A stretch of 64,000 nucleotides of DNA, taken from positions 8,854 through 72,853 of the IMG/VR virus record IMGVR_UViG_3300038436_000248; one strand, 5' to 3'. The stretch's first letter is position 1, and each line of letters begins with the position of its first letter. Below, piece by piece: positions 50,814 to 62,088 of this stretch. This stretch comes from a virus. Below the pieces are notes generated by a model. That model ran no database searches. It worked only from the letters and a program-made list of their open reading frames with translations, and had not been told where the DNA came from. The position numbers and the translations under genes were made by a program.

Positions 50814-53800
50814 ATGGCAAGAAACAACGTAGTAAACTTTCTACTCAATGTCCAGGCCAATGCAAGTGGTGTTGCAGGGGTACTCAATGGCGTAACAAAG
50901 CAACTTACCAGTGTGCAAAAAGCAGCTTCTACCGCCCTGACAGGGCCAGGGCGGCAGTCTGCTACCCCTCAAACCTCCTCACCCACCAATAATTCAGTCT
51001 CCCGAGAGCTGGGGCCGATTCAGCCGTACACGCAGAGAGCGGCTGAGGTTCTGAATACTGTTGTCCCACAGATGATTGCTGATGCGGACAAGGTTGCCAG
51101 CTACATAAGCAAACGGTTACCCGCTGGCATTTCTGAAGCAGCTACCAAAATGAAGGCAGTGGAAATTACCTATGCCTCAGAAAGTGTACAGCGAGCTGTT
51201 GATGCAGCAGAAAAGAAAGTTGCTGCTGAGAAGGAGGCATTGGATAAGGTTGCCCGGCTCACTGAAAAGAAAGCCGTACTGCAGGGGAAATACAACCGAG
51301 CCAGAGTCAACAAGCCAAAGTACGCTGCTGAACTTACGGTCACTGAGGGTGAACTCAAAAAGGCCACCGGAGATTATGAGAAGGCCGCAAAAGAACGCCT
51401 GAACGCAACAAAAAAAGTTGAAGCAGAAATCTCTAAGGTTGTAAAAAATGCAGCCTCAGCGAACTCTGCAGCTCGCAGGGAAGAAACAAAAGACGCTATC
51501 GCTGAAGCTAAAAAGCTCAACGCAGAAAAGAAGAACTCCGAAGGGAAAGCTTTCCAGATGGGGGCGCAGTACAAACAGGTAGCGAACGCCATAAAGACCT
51601 CCTTCTCTGCTGCAGGGAGTGCAATCAAGAGCATGGCTGGCGTTGTTGAGGCGTCTGCGAACTCTGTAAGGTACATTACCCAGGGTATATCAGAGGCTGG
51701 CAGGGCCCTCTTGTACTCTGTTGCTATTCCTGCAGGGGCTGCTCTAACAAAGTCCACCATGTTTGCAGTCGAGTTTGAATCTGCAATGACCCGTGTTCGC
51801 AAAACAACGGGACTTACAAAGCGGGAGATTGCAGAGCTCGGCGCATTCGCCCAGGAATTTTCACAATACACCCCGACAAACCAGGTGGGTATTGCTGAGT
51901 ATATGGAGCAAATTGGTCAGCTCGGTGTGCGTAGCGTCAATGGCTTGAAGCGCCTGGCTGTCGTTTCGGAAAAGCTGTCAGCATCCACTGACATTGACTC
52001 TAAAGAGGTTGCGCTTTCTATCGGGCGTATTGCCAATGCTTTTGGGTACAACCTGAACACGGAGCAGGGTGTAAAGAATGTAGAGCGCCTGGCGAGTGTA
52101 GTCAACTTATTGGAAAACACTACAGCTTCTTCCGCTGGAGAGATCATTACAGCCATGGAAGATGTTGCCGCCGTTGGCAACATGCTGAAGATCCCCGAGC
52201 AGAAACTTGCTGCCATTGTTGCCACGATGATTTCATCTGGCACGGAAGCAAGCACGGCTGGCACGCAGCTCACCAGATGGTATACAACGATCATTCGGAA
52301 AACTGAAGAGTTTGCGAAGATCATGGATGGGTATACCAATGAAGTAGGAGAATCCTACGATGACATGGAGAGCGTCATCAACAAGATCAATGTTGATCCG
52401 GTAGGCGCTCTCACAGACGCAATTGACGCTTTGTACCGCACAGGGGATGATGAACGGGCGCAAAAACTTGCGAACTTCTTTGAGGTTTCCGGCCATGTAG
52501 GCGGTAAAGTTGCTGTTCTTGCAGGCTCCTATAATAACCTGAAAGACGCCATCAAGGCTGCGTCTGCAGAGTGGGAAAATGGCACGTCCCTCAATGAGGA
52601 ATATAACATTGCGGTGATGACGACAGATTCCCATTTGAAAGCCTTGAAGAATAACTTGAGCATGCTCGCAAATACTGTAGGTTCCGTCCTGCTGCCTGTC
52701 ATTACGAAAGGAACAGAGTACGCTATTCCTCTCATTCAAATGCTGGCAAAATCTTTTTCAAGCCTGGATCGGAAAACACAGCTCCTCATTATTGGCGTGC
52801 CCTTATTGGTTGCTGTGCTGACACCTGTGCTGTTGCTATTCGGCCAACTAGGGCATGCAGCCTCCCTGATGATGATGGGCGTCCTGACATCTTTTGGTAC
52901 CGTAGGAAAAGTAGTAACCTCTGTAAGCAGGCTCCTATTTAGCGCTCTTCCTGCACTGATCTCCTCCCTAACAACTGCAGGGGGTGCTGCTGCCGGATTG
53001 ACCGGAATCGGATCCTCTCTATTGGGATTGGTTGGCCCCATTGCTGCTGTTATTGCTGTCATAGGTGGGGCGATTTTTGCGATCAAATCCTTGCAGGCCG
53101 CTGGCGTTGACATTTCCAAGTTCTTTCTCGACCTTGCCATGAAAGCTCAGAAGTGGGGCGAGAACTTCTCCAAGATGATTGGGAATGGCATTCTTGGTGG
53201 AGGCGTCCGCTTTGTTGCCACTGCTGCCTCAAAGGTAGCAAAAATGATCGCAAGGTTCTTCGAATCACATTCTCCCCCGGAGACAGGCCCCTTATCAACA
53301 ATTGATCAATGGGGCAGATCCCTCATGGCTACATACCTTGAGGGCTTCGCCCTTGCAGATTTCGGTATCCTATCTGATGTGGCTGGCACAATCCGCCGGA
53401 TGCTGGATATTTCCCATGTATTGGGTGAGATCGGGGAAGAGGCAATTGTTCCTGCGCTGCGGCAGGCAAAGACAGATATTGCCAATTTGATTGTCACCTT
53501 CAATAAAACCGGAGAGGTTGCGGCTGATGTTCTTGGCAAGATCGCCTCTAATTTTGGTGCGCTCGGAAAAGATGTACAGCACCTGATTGAGCTGTGGCTT
53601 GATTATGAGAAAATTCAGCGACGTATTGCTGAACTTGAGAAAGCCAAGAAAAAGACCCTATGGATATATGATGACGAGATTGCCAAAATCTCTCAGATGA
53701 ATATATCTGCGGAACAAAAAGCAGAGCTCATGCGCCAGGCCATGTACAACAGGGACCAAGAGCTCCGCACAATTGAAAAGCAGCTAAAGATCGAAGAGGA

Positions 53801-55295
53801 AAACGCTGCAGCGGCCAAAGAAAAGCTGGATTGGCAGAAGGCCTTTATTGACGCCCAGCTGGATGACCTGGAGTTGCTGAAGGACATCAAAAAAGCAACT
53901 CAAGATGTGGCTGACATTATGTCCGGTCTCAGTTTCCCAATGCCTGATCCCCAGGAGGGAGGGGAAGCAGTGGAGGAGATCACGGGCTATTTCAATGACC
54001 TACAAGAGGCTATTGATGGTGCTCGTGGCAAGCTCGCCTATTTCTTCATGGGTTTCCGAGGGGAAGAGTTTAGCCCACAGGACAGGAAATTGATTCGGGA
54101 TGATGACCCGGAGGCATACAAAGAGATTTCTAACCTGTATGATATGGGCAAAGATGCAGCGAAGGCCTGGGAGAACTTCTCTGGCATTCTGGATGGCTTC
54201 AACAATGGCCCCCTGGCGGGTTTGATTTCTGGATCCTCCGGTCTAAAAGACAGTCCCTTGTTCAAATTATTTGGCGGGGGCAAAGAAGAGGGAAGCAAAG
54301 AGCAGGGCGGTGGCCCGCTGAGCGAAGACAGCCAATTTATGCGATCTCTTGCCAATGCGAGAGTACAAATTGAGCTCTTCAAGGTGTCTTTCGGAGGGCT
54401 GCTAGTAACTCTTGGCCCTCTCGCCAGCGTGCTATTTGGCCTTCTCGGTGCTGTTATTGGCACGGCCATCAACTTTATTGTTGGTGCCTTCAGTGTTTTC
54501 ATGGACGTTCAGCTCCTCCTGCAGGGCACAGTAGTGAACTTTATCGCCATCCTTGATGGCCTGGGCCAGATAATCAAAGGCATCTTTACGGGTAACGTCG
54601 GAGAAATAATTGATGGTATTTCAAAAATGATAACAAGTTTCCTCACGCTCCTCTTGGGTTTCGCCAGGCAGACTCTTCTTATTCTGGTAAGAGGGGGAGG
54701 CGTCTTAGTTGATGCTGCCCTTGGCATACTTGGGGGTCTTATCACCGCTGTCGTTTCCTTATTCTTGGGGGATGAAGCAGGAAAGGCCGTAGGAGAATGG
54801 TTTGCCAAAGCTCGAACGGAAGTAGAGAGGATCTTTGGCGGAATTGTCACCTGGGTGGAGGAACGGGCTGGTTATCTCCTGGGTGTTATCAACGGGGTCA
54901 AGGAAGCCTTTGCAGGAATAAAAGATCGTGTGCCAGGAGGAACGCAGCAGACATCGAACTCCGGCACAGTAAAGCTCCCGGGCACCGCAGGCATGTCTAT
55001 AAACTTAGCCAGGGAACGAGGGATGGCTACTGGTGGCATCGCCATGGGGCCGACGCATGCCCTGATTGCGGAAGGAGGGGAGCCAGAAGTTGTTTCCCCC
55101 TTATCCAAGCTGCCACAGCTGTTCTCAGAGCTTTATGGAGACATGCATTTCAAAGAAGAGCCTGCGCAGACTATTCAAATCAACATCAATAACCCATCTG
55201 TGCGCAACGATCAGGACATTGAAAAGATCGCACGGCAGGTAGAGCGTGCCCTTAGCCGAAGAGCATCTAATAGCATGCGAATGGGCACAACGTAG
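50814..55295 (+). CDS. Tape measure protein (TP901-type core)
   Basis: 1493 aa; FESAMTRVRKTTG...; helical A/G-rich repeats; GGIAMGPT.ALIAEGG.PEVV.PLS C-terminus. Confidence 0.95.
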   Translation: MARNNVVNFLLNVQANASGVAGVLNGVTKQLTSVQKAASTALTGPGRQSATPQTSSPTNNSVSRELGPIQPYTQRAAEVLNTVVPQMIADADKVASYISKRLPAGISEAATKMKAVEITYASESVQRAVDAAEKKVAAEKEALDKVARLTEKKAVLQGKYNRARVNKPKYAAELTVTEGELKKATGDYEKAAKERLNATKKVEAEISKVVKNAASANSAARREETKDAIAEAKKLNAEKKNSEGKAFQMGAQYKQVANAIKTSFSAAGSAIKSMAGVVEASANSVRYITQGISEAGRALLYSVAIPAGAALTKSTMFAVEFESAMTRVRKTTGLTKREIAELGAFAQEFSQYTPTNQVGIAEYMEQIGQLGVRSVNGLKRLAVVSEKLSASTDIDSKEVALSIGRIANAFGYNLNTEQGVKNVERLASVVNLLENTTASSAGEIITAMEDVAAVGNMLKIPEQKLAAIVATMISSGTEASTAGTQLTRWYTTIIRKTEEFAKIMDGYTNEVGESYDDMESVINKINVDPVGALTDAIDALYRTGDDERAQKLANFFEVSGHVGGKVAVLAGSYNNLKDAIKAASAEWENGTSLNEEYNIAVMTTDSHLKALKNNLSMLANTVGSVLLPVITKGTEYAIPLIQMLAKSFSSLDRKTQLLIIGVPLLVAVLTPVLLLFGQLGHAASLMMMGVLTSFGTVGKVVTSVSRLLFSALPALISSLTTAGGAAAGLTGIGSSLLGLVGPIAAVIAVIGGAIFAIKSLQAAGVDISKFFLDLAMKAQKWGENFSKMIGNGILGGGVRFVATAASKVAKMIARFFESHSPPETGPLSTIDQWGRSLMATYLEGFALADFGILSDVAGTIRRMLDISHVLGEIGEEAIVPALRQAKTDIANLIVTFNKTGEVAADVLGKIASNFGALGKDVQHLIELWLDYEKIQRRIAELEKAKKKTLWIYDDEIAKISQMNISAEQKAELMRQAMYNRDQELRTIEKQLKIEEENAAAAKEKLDWQKAFIDAQLDDLELLKDIKKATQDVADIMSGLSFPMPDPQEGGEAVEEITGYFNDLQEAIDGARGKLAYFFMGFRGEEFSPQDRKLIRDDDPEAYKEISNLYDMGKDAAKAWENFSGILDGFNNGPLAGLISGSSGLKDSPLFKLFGGGKEEGSKEQGGGPLSEDSQFMRSLANARVQIELFKVSFGGLLVTLGPLASVLFGLLGAVIGTAINFIVGAFSVFMDVQLLLQGTVVNFIAILDGLGQIIKGIFTGNVGEIIDGISKMITSFLTLLLGFARQTLLILVRGGGVLVDAALGILGGLITAVVSLFLGDEAGKAVGEWFAKARTEVERIFGGIVTWVEERAGYLLGVINGVKEAFAGIKDRVPGGTQQTSNSGTVKLPGTAGMSINLARERGMATGGIAMGPTHALIAEGGEPEVVSPLSKLPQLFSELYGDMHFKEEPAQTIQININNPSVRNDQDIEKIARQVERALSRRASNSMRMGTT

Positions 55296-55303
55296 GAGTG
55301 ACG

Positions 55304-56746
55304 ATGGCATTCTATTTACGATTACAAAACGACACAGAAACAGCCGACTTTTTAGGAGACGAGTTTCTTCTAACAGACGGAGGCCTGCAAGTAGACGCAC
55401 CGGAGAGCCGTGATATTTGGGGTGGTGATTCTGTTTACGCCCATGGTGCACAGCTGATCAGCTCAAAGTTTGGCACCCGGACGTTCAAGATTACCTTCTC
55501 GGTCTTTGGGGACACCAGAGATTCTCTCCTTGGAAATATTGCCCTACTTGACCGCCTGATTGATGCAGCACGAAGGCGCTCCATTGAGGAATCTGGCAGC
55601 AGGGTGGAGCTTGTGTACGCCTGGGAAAGCACCTCCAGGAAGAGCTACTTCGAGGTACTCAGCGGCACACTGATTTGGCCGGAGAACGTAATGTCAGTTG
55701 AACAGGTTCACCAGCAAACTGACCAGGGCTGGGTGATTTATGATATGGAGTTGTCCCTTATAGTCAACCCATTCTCCACCCCTGTCTCTCCTGTGAGCGG
55801 AGTCCCCTATCCCGTCACCATTTCTAATGACACTGGTGCCGGAGAGTCTATATTTGTACAAAATGACGGCGTAGGAAACTGGATTGACATCCCGGGTGAG
55901 GTATTACAAAGCTCTTTCCCCCTATTTACTTCTATCTCCATGCAGAGCGATTCTGGTGAGGCGGAGAAAACCTCAAAGGTGTACATTGGCGTCCGAAAAG
56001 GGAACAAAGATTTTGTCAGCTTCCTTGATGATAAATCCGCTGCTCATGTAATTACGGGAGCCACACAAACAGCAGACGCAGATTACTCCGCAGGTGGGAC
56101 ATACACCCAACTGCCATTCTCTGGGGTTGCGGAACAGGTACTCATCAGGTGGGATCTCTCCGATGAACAAATAGAGGCCACCCAGGGTGCGTTCAGATTA
56201 TTTGGGCGCTGCAAGGATAACACTTACTGGAGCCCTGATGCAAACTACGCCATTGGCGTATATTACCAGGATACCTTGCTGCACAAAACGGAATGGCGGG
56301 CACCAATCGAGAGTGACGTGACCCTCTTCGACTTTGGTACAGTGTTCTTGCCTCCGTGGCTTGGATCTATGGAAGGACTTGCGGGTCTCTCTATTGCTAT
56401 TCTTGGCATGCGAAAGCTTGCGGGCTCCACGACGATCAACCTTGACTATCTTTCCCTGCTTCCCCAGGACGGGGGTTACAGAGTTTTGAATTTCCGTGGG
56501 GGAGGCATGGGGCAGTTCGAGTACCTTGTCGATGATTCCTGGAGTGGCGTAACCTATCATGTGAACCTGGCCGGAAAAAAGTCAGGCCTTCCTTATGGGC
56601 TTATGGAGCCTATCACACTGCAACCAAAAACCGGGCAGCGTTTGTACTTTCTAATGGAAGGCACGGCAGGTTCCACGGAGATCTCCAGAAAACTCAAAGT
56701 TTCCCTTGGGGTTGTTCCTACTTACATGGTGCTTGCATGTTACTAA
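55304..56746 (+). CDS. Distal tail (Dit)-like protein
   Basis: Directly after the tape measure; beta-rich 480 aa. Confidence 0.65.
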   Translation: MAFYLRLQNDTETADFLGDEFLLTDGGLQVDAPESRDIWGGDSVYAHGAQLISSKFGTRTFKITFSVFGDTRDSLLGNIALLDRLIDAARRRSIEESGSRVELVYAWESTSRKSYFEVLSGTLIWPENVMSVEQVHQQTDQGWVIYDMELSLIVNPFSTPVSPVSGVPYPVTISNDTGAGESIFVQNDGVGNWIDIPGEVLQSSFPLFTSISMQSDSGEAEKTSKVYIGVRKGNKDFVSFLDDKSAAHVITGATQTADADYSAGGTYTQLPFSGVAEQVLIRWDLSDEQIEATQGAFRLFGRCKDNTYWSPDANYAIGVYYQDTLLHKTEWRAPIESDVTLFDFGTVFLPPWLGSMEGLAGLSIAILGMRKLAGSTTINLDYLSLLPQDGGYRVLNFRGGGMGQFEYLVDDSWSGVTYHVNLAGKKSGLPYGLMEPITLQPKTGQRLYFLMEGTAGSTEISRKLKVSLGVVPTYMVLACY

Positions 56747-57885
56747 CGGTTGCTTTATGGTCGGATCCCGCTGAGCGGGTGCAAGATTTTGTGGAAGCCA
56801 CATCCAGGCATAAGGATCTCTCGTTTGGCACCTCTGCAATGGGAGGCTTTGGTGACGCATCTTTCACAATTTCCGCTGGCGGGTGGGCGGCAGTTCGATG
56901 GTACAGATCCTACCTGGGGCATCACATGGTCATCTTTGACCACTTCGGGAGACGCTTATATGAAGGCCGCATTGAAGACACTGACACATTCTCTGGCGGG
57001 GTGAAAATAAATGCCCTTGGCTATTACTCACACGGCCAGGAGCTCACCCATGGGATGATCTATCCTGCGGGATCTCCAAAGACGGCCTCTGATGTGGTCA
57101 AGGACACGATCAATATTGCCTGGGAAACCTCCAGAATATGGAACCCAGATACTTCTATGGTGCATCAGCTCCATTCAGATATTGCTCCACAGGATTTCAC
57201 CATGGGAAAGAAACTCTCCCACGCCATGGAGGTCTGCATCCAATTTGGTAACGATGCAATCATCCCAAAGCCTATGTATGTAGCAGTGTGGGAGAACCGG
57301 AGGGTCTATTTTTACGAGGAGCCAGACGTCACCAACGCCCCTCACTGGAGAGTGTATCGGAGGGACTTCTCTAATCAAGAGGGTCTTTCCCTCAGCAGAA
57401 CACGGGGCAAGGTATGGAACAAGCTCCAGGTTGTCTACGATGATCCTCTAATCGGGACAACGTTTACACAGTGGGCAGAAAACAAAGACAGTCAGCGACT
57501 CTTTGGTATCCGTGAAGGAACGCTGAACATTGGACAGGCTCTCCCGGGGATTGCAGAGACCGTAAGGGATCTTGCTTTGAACTCCTATTCTTTCCCTGAG
57601 CAATCTTCTTCCTTCGGCGTGAGCGGCAGAGTATACAACGGGGCTGGCGCCCCAGATTATCCCTACATGGTACGGGCGGGGCAGATCCTCCAGATAGCAG
57701 ATTACGATCCATCCGCAGCACAGTTGGTCAGTGGATCCTCCGGCCTGGATAGCTCCACGGTTTTCATCTCCAGGACAGACTACAGGGCGGATGAAAATTC
57801 GTTGGTGTTGGAGTTGGGCAAGAGAAATGTCCAGCTCGACTTATTGATGGCCCGCCTTGGATTAGGGGCAGGGAGTGTGTCGTAG
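56737..57885 (+). CDS. Tail hub / Tal-like protein
   Basis: Position; GFGDASFTI, YEGRIED, NKLQVVY, SQRLFGIRE patterns. Confidence 0.65.
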   Translation: MLLTVALWSDPAERVQDFVEATSRHKDLSFGTSAMGGFGDASFTISAGGWAAVRWYRSYLGHHMVIFDHFGRRLYEGRIEDTDTFSGGVKINALGYYSHGQELTHGMIYPAGSPKTASDVVKDTINIAWETSRIWNPDTSMVHQLHSDIAPQDFTMGKKLSHAMEVCIQFGNDAIIPKPMYVAVWENRRVYFYEEPDVTNAPHWRVYRRDFSNQEGLSLSRTRGKVWNKLQVVYDDPLIGTTFTQWAENKDSQRLFGIREGTLNIGQALPGIAETVRDLALNSYSFPEQSSSFGVSGRVYNGAGAPDYPYMVRAGQILQIADYDPSAAQLVSGSSGLDSSTVFISRTDYRADENSLVLELGKRNVQLDLLMARLGLGAGSVS

Positions 57886-60041
57886 TGTTACCACAGGAAA
57901 TTGAACAACTAAAAGTACATTTTCTTTCCAAGCTGGGTGGTGTTATTAGTGGGAGCATCACACCGAATCAGACCAATCAGCACAACCTTGGTTCTGATGC
58001 CTATAGATGGAAGACCCTATACGTCCAGACACTCATTGCGGACAATGTGCAAGGTGGTAGTGGCGCAGACGCCTCAACACTAAATGGCTTTACTGCATCC
58101 CAGACACCCCAGCCCAACACAATCCTCCCTCTGGATGGTATTGGCGTTTTCCCTGTTGGCGTATACAACCGTGCCCTGCTCGTAGATGGGACACGTGGCC
58201 TCATGGGGAACCTTGTTGTAGGGTCAGGGTATATGATTGACAACCTTGACCTGGACATTCATAACCATAGCGGGATTTTCGGCCTTGGGAACAAGATAAG
58301 TCACACCAATCTATTGAACCTGGATGCAGACGGCCATCCTCAGTATACCCAAAGGGCACAGGACGAGATCGTTACTGGTGACTGGATGTTTACCCACCTG
58401 CTTGATAGATCTGCAGGGTGGAAGTTCCTGCCTGACGAGTACACCTTCAAAGCTGTGCCCCATAATATGGCCTTCACCGCTACACCAAGTGAAGCAAAGA
58501 TGGTTATTGGGCATAACAACGCCATCACCATTTTGTCCAATAGCACAAACGCAAAAATACAGGTGGGATCCGGAAATTCCTCTATAACTCTTAGCGGCAC
58601 AGACCCGAACTACCGCCTGTGGGCTGGTGCTGTTCTCCCTGAAAACGCCACATTCTCAGTGGACAAAAATGGAGGCATGAAAGCTTCTGGGGGCACAATT
58701 GCTGGGTGGCAAATACTTTCTGGCGAGCTTCTTGGGGAGCACATGACCCTGTACTCTGGGGGTGAGATCATTCTTGGAGATGGGGCGATCAATGCGGAGC
58801 GTGAGGACGTAACCGTTCTGTCTGCTATTGACGGGAACGGGTGGCGCTTATGGTCTGGGCATTCCGATCCATCTCTGGCATCCTTCAAGATCAACCGCTG
58901 GGGGCAGGCGTTCTTCAAAGATGCCTATGTAGAAGGTGTTCTAAGAAGTTCAAACTTTGTTTCAGGAACCTCTGGTTTTCATGTTGATGGGACAGGCAGA
59001 GCGGAGTTCAATAATATTACTGCCCGTGGGCGTATTGATGCTGTAATTTGTGCGGAGCGGACGATCTCTGCTATGTCTGGCATGCTGATCATTTCTGAAG
59101 CTGCAGCATTGGCGGCTGACGTCTCTCTTGAAGATACCTACATCTATGTGGATGCAGACGCATTTGGCAAGGATGATATTCTGCGGATCCAGCCAAACAG
59201 GAACGCTTCCGAGTGGATGCGGGTAACATCCCCTGCAGCGGAAATGGGAGATTCCTATCGGTATGCTGTGATCCGTGACCTGAGCGGGGATGGCAAGTGT
59301 GCTTTCCAGGCAGGGGACACCATAGTGCGTGTTGGAACTGCAGTACAGGCCAACCCTATGTATCCCTATGGGTCTGGTGAAGAGGGTGCCGAGTATGGCT
59401 CTTACCAACCAGCAGGCTCGGGCACCAAAACAGATGGAGGCTGGCTTGTTCTTGAGGGATCTGGCGGGTTTGGTCCTTACTTTGGCGTAGAACGTCGTCG
59501 TGGCCCACTGTATGATCAGTACGAATCAGTTGTACGCATTGGAAACCTCCAGGGCACCCTTGATTACACAGAGCAAGTTTACGGGGCTGTGATCGGAAAC
59601 GCAGGCCAGTATCTTGCCTACGACCAAACAAACGGCTTGCGGATCAAAACCCGTTCCGGCGCAGTCTCCATTGATGAAGACGGAATCGAGGCTGATGTAT
59701 TTTCTATGACGACTGGCTCAGGAGAGCCCAGCTTCGTAGAAGATCGAGCACGCTTCTACGTTTACCGAAACACAGGATCACAACCCCAGGTTGGCATCAA
59801 AATAAAAGTTGACGGCTTTGAGAAGCACATTCAAAAAGTCGGGGACATGAGCATGGAAGACTATGACACCGATAGAAACGGTGTCGTCGATCTGGCAGAA
59901 GCAGCTCTAAGTGCTCCATGGAGTGGTTTGACTGGTACTCCGAGTGCCTTCACTCCCGCAGCACACACGCACGCCCCGAATGACATTGTAGGTATTGAGA
60001 ATGCCATGGACATGATTCAGAGATCCTGGTTTGGATTATAG
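57885..60041 (+). CDS. Central tail fibre / host-specificity protein
   Basis: 718 aa; FSVDKNG/FKINRWG/FHVDGTGRAEFNN repeats; HPQY and HTH motifs. Confidence 0.75.
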   Translation: MLPQEIEQLKVHFLSKLGGVISGSITPNQTNQHNLGSDAYRWKTLYVQTLIADNVQGGSGADASTLNGFTASQTPQPNTILPLDGIGVFPVGVYNRALLVDGTRGLMGNLVVGSGYMIDNLDLDIHNHSGIFGLGNKISHTNLLNLDADGHPQYTQRAQDEIVTGDWMFTHLLDRSAGWKFLPDEYTFKAVPHNMAFTATPSEAKMVIGHNNAITILSNSTNAKIQVGSGNSSITLSGTDPNYRLWAGAVLPENATFSVDKNGGMKASGGTIAGWQILSGELLGEHMTLYSGGEIILGDGAINAEREDVTVLSAIDGNGWRLWSGHSDPSLASFKINRWGQAFFKDAYVEGVLRSSNFVSGTSGFHVDGTGRAEFNNITARGRIDAVICAERTISAMSGMLIISEAAALAADVSLEDTYIYVDADAFGKDDILRIQPNRNASEWMRVTSPAAEMGDSYRYAVIRDLSGDGKCAFQAGDTIVRVGTAVQANPMYPYGSGEEGAEYGSYQPAGSGTKTDGGWLVLEGSGGFGPYFGVERRRGPLYDQYESVVRIGNLQGTLDYTEQVYGAVIGNAGQYLAYDQTNGLRIKTRSGAVSIDEDGIEADVFSMTTGSGEPSFVEDRARFYVYRNTGSQPQVGIKIKVDGFEKHIQKVGDMSMEDYDTDRNGVVDLAEAALSAPWSGLTGTPSAFTPAAHTHAPNDIVGIENAMDMIQRSWFGL

Positions 60042-60049
60042 GAGGCTGT

Positions 60050-60373
60050 ATGTTTGTTGAGAAAACCATCGTTGGGAATTTTTCAAACGCCGTTCCAATT
60101 TCCCTGCTTGAAGGACAGGCAGCGAAAAGAATCGCAGTGCGTTTTGCTTCATTCCATAACAGGGACACCGCTCCTGTCACAGTCACTTTCAGTTTTGAGA
60201 GGCAATCCGTATCATTTCCGATCACCAAAGTCACTCTCCAACCGGGTGAGACTTTTGTTTTCGATTCATTGCTGGTTTTGGAAGGGACTTCCGACAAGTT
60301 GATTGGGGTTCTTGCCGCAACTGTCACTTCCTTTCAGCCCGCCTTTGTTATCACTTACGCTGAGGTGACGTAA
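60050..60373 (+). CDS. Small tail-associated hypothetical protein
   Basis: 107 aa; GGAGG RBS. Confidence 0.7.
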   Translation: MFVEKTIVGNFSNAVPISLLEGQAAKRIAVRFASFHNRDTAPVTVTFSFERQSVSFPITKVTLQPGETFVFDSLLVLEGTSDKLIGVLAATVTSFQPAFVITYAEVT

Positions 60374-60882
60374 TGCACGTCATTTCTGCAAATGGGGGCA
60401 TCAAGGGTGGTGTTTCCGGACTATCCATATTTACAATAGGAGCCGATGGGGTCCCTAAAATAACGGGGATCGGCGCCTGCGTTGGGAGGAACGCCCCACA
60501 AAATATCCTTGGGGGTGCCCAGAGGCAAATCCTATATGACACACTTGTATATGATACGGGTGGGTTTATCCAGGGAGGGGATTTGACTCAACTGCGTGCC
60601 CCAGAGGATGGGTTATACACTGTCAGCACTACATTGGGCCTTGATGCTTATGCCTCTGGCAGTTATTTTGGAGCACTTTATCTAACGACAAGTGGATCCT
60701 CTTCAAAGGACACCAAATCTATCCCGGCGAACAAGTGGCCTGGTTTTACTGTAAGCTACACAACACGCCTTCTAAAAGGCGGCGCAGCGCATGTTTGGTT
60801 CTTACATGATCTGAACTCCGTGAACCTTTCCATCAACTACGGGGCATCTGTTGCCTGGCTAAGCATGCTAAGGGTTGGCTAA
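60373..60882 (+). CDS. Putative C1q-like/beta-sandwich tail protein
   Basis: ILYDTLVYDTGGF...RAPEDGLYTVS pattern; TAATG coupling. Confidence 0.55.
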   Translation: MHVISANGGIKGGVSGLSIFTIGADGVPKITGIGACVGRNAPQNILGGAQRQILYDTLVYDTGGFIQGGDLTQLRAPEDGLYTVSTTLGLDAYASGSYFGALYLTTSGSSSKDTKSIPANKWPGFTVSYTTRLLKGGAAHVWFLHDLNSVNLSINYGASVAWLSMLRVG

Positions 60883-60884
60883 AG

Positions 60885-62081
60885 ATGAATTATCCAGCAA
60901 GTTATGATACAGCAGCAACTACATTTGGCACTTTGCGGGATCTGGTTGTCCTTCATCTATCCACAGAAGTATCTGAGACGGATGACGTTTTCACTTTTGA
61001 TGAAAGTCTACATGTGGACAATCTCTCTGCCAATACGTTCCTCTCTTTGCCAGGGGAGACTGTTCGCATTACATCCAAGGGTGTAAATGGATCCGGGGCG
61101 GTGAATGTCGAGCGGGCTATTAGTGGATCTGCAAAGACCCACGAAGCAGGTACGGTTGCTACACAGGAAATTACTTCGGGTACTGTGGAGATATTGAAGG
61201 GCCTGATCATAGCGGCACAAAAGTATAGAGGGCTAGTTGGCTCAGCGCTACCAGCCTCCTGCGTGCCCGGAGAAGCCTTCATTCATTCAGACGGAAACCT
61301 CTATGTTTGTTTCACCGACAACACATGGACAAAGATCACCCGGCCCAATCATGCAGAGTACACAGGCCTGGAAGCAGAAGACGCCCACACAATTTACTAC
61401 AAACCCTCCGACTTTCCTGCCTGGCATGCATCCATCCCTGGGGAGCATCTGACAAACTCTGCGTCCCACAACCATTCAAGTGAGTTACTCAATGGGCTGC
61501 CTGTCCGAAAGTTTTCATGTGGAAACTTTGCAGACATCCCAGCCGCCAAGAATATTGGGGACGTATTTTTTGCTTTAGACCAGAACTCCTTGTATTTTTC
61601 CTACGACGGATCCTCCTGGAGCAGATACGAGAGCTCACCCAAGGGAACGACGCTCCTATTTGACACCGAATGCCCTGAAGGTTGGGTGCGTGTGGAAGAA
61701 CTGGATGGTCGATTCCCCCGTGGGGCAACTGCGGGACGCTGGGCGAACCTTGTTTCCGGCGGCTCATTAGAGCATTCCCATGTCATGCCCACCCCAATCA
61801 GCCATACGCATACTGTAGCAGCTGTAGCCATGTACTCCCAACCATCCGGGGCTCACACGCATTCCCTCTCGTTGACCGCTGGCTCTGGGGCACAGACTGC
61901 TCCGTATCAGATCACAAACTACAATATCACAAATTTGACCTCCAGCGAAGCTGGCAGCCATTCTCATTCTGTGACCATTCCTGCGACGAACACTCACAGC
62001 GCAGGGAAGGCAACAGCAAACACGAAATCTGTTGAGCACTTACCCTCATACAAGAAACTTTTATTCTGTAGAAAGACTTAG
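60885..62081 (+). CDS. Tail fibre/collar-like protein, paralogue 1
   Basis: YPASYD..., LIIAAQKY, CPEGW....ELDGRFPRGA, HxH repeats, LPSYKKLLFCRK. Confidence 0.8.
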   Translation: MNYPASYDTAATTFGTLRDLVVLHLSTEVSETDDVFTFDESLHVDNLSANTFLSLPGETVRITSKGVNGSGAVNVERAISGSAKTHEAGTVATQEITSGTVEILKGLIIAAQKYRGLVGSALPASCVPGEAFIHSDGNLYVCFTDNTWTKITRPNHAEYTGLEAEDAHTIYYKPSDFPAWHASIPGEHLTNSASHNHSSELLNGLPVRKFSCGNFADIPAAKNIGDVFFALDQNSLYFSYDGSSWSRYESSPKGTTLLFDTECPEGWVRVEELDGRFPRGATAGRWANLVSGGSLEHSHVMPTPISHTHTVAAVAMYSQPSGAHTHSLSLTAGSGAQTAPYQITNYNITNLTSSEAGSHSHSVTIPATNTHSAGKATANTKSVEHLPSYKKLLFCRKT

Positions 62082-62088
62082 GAGAACT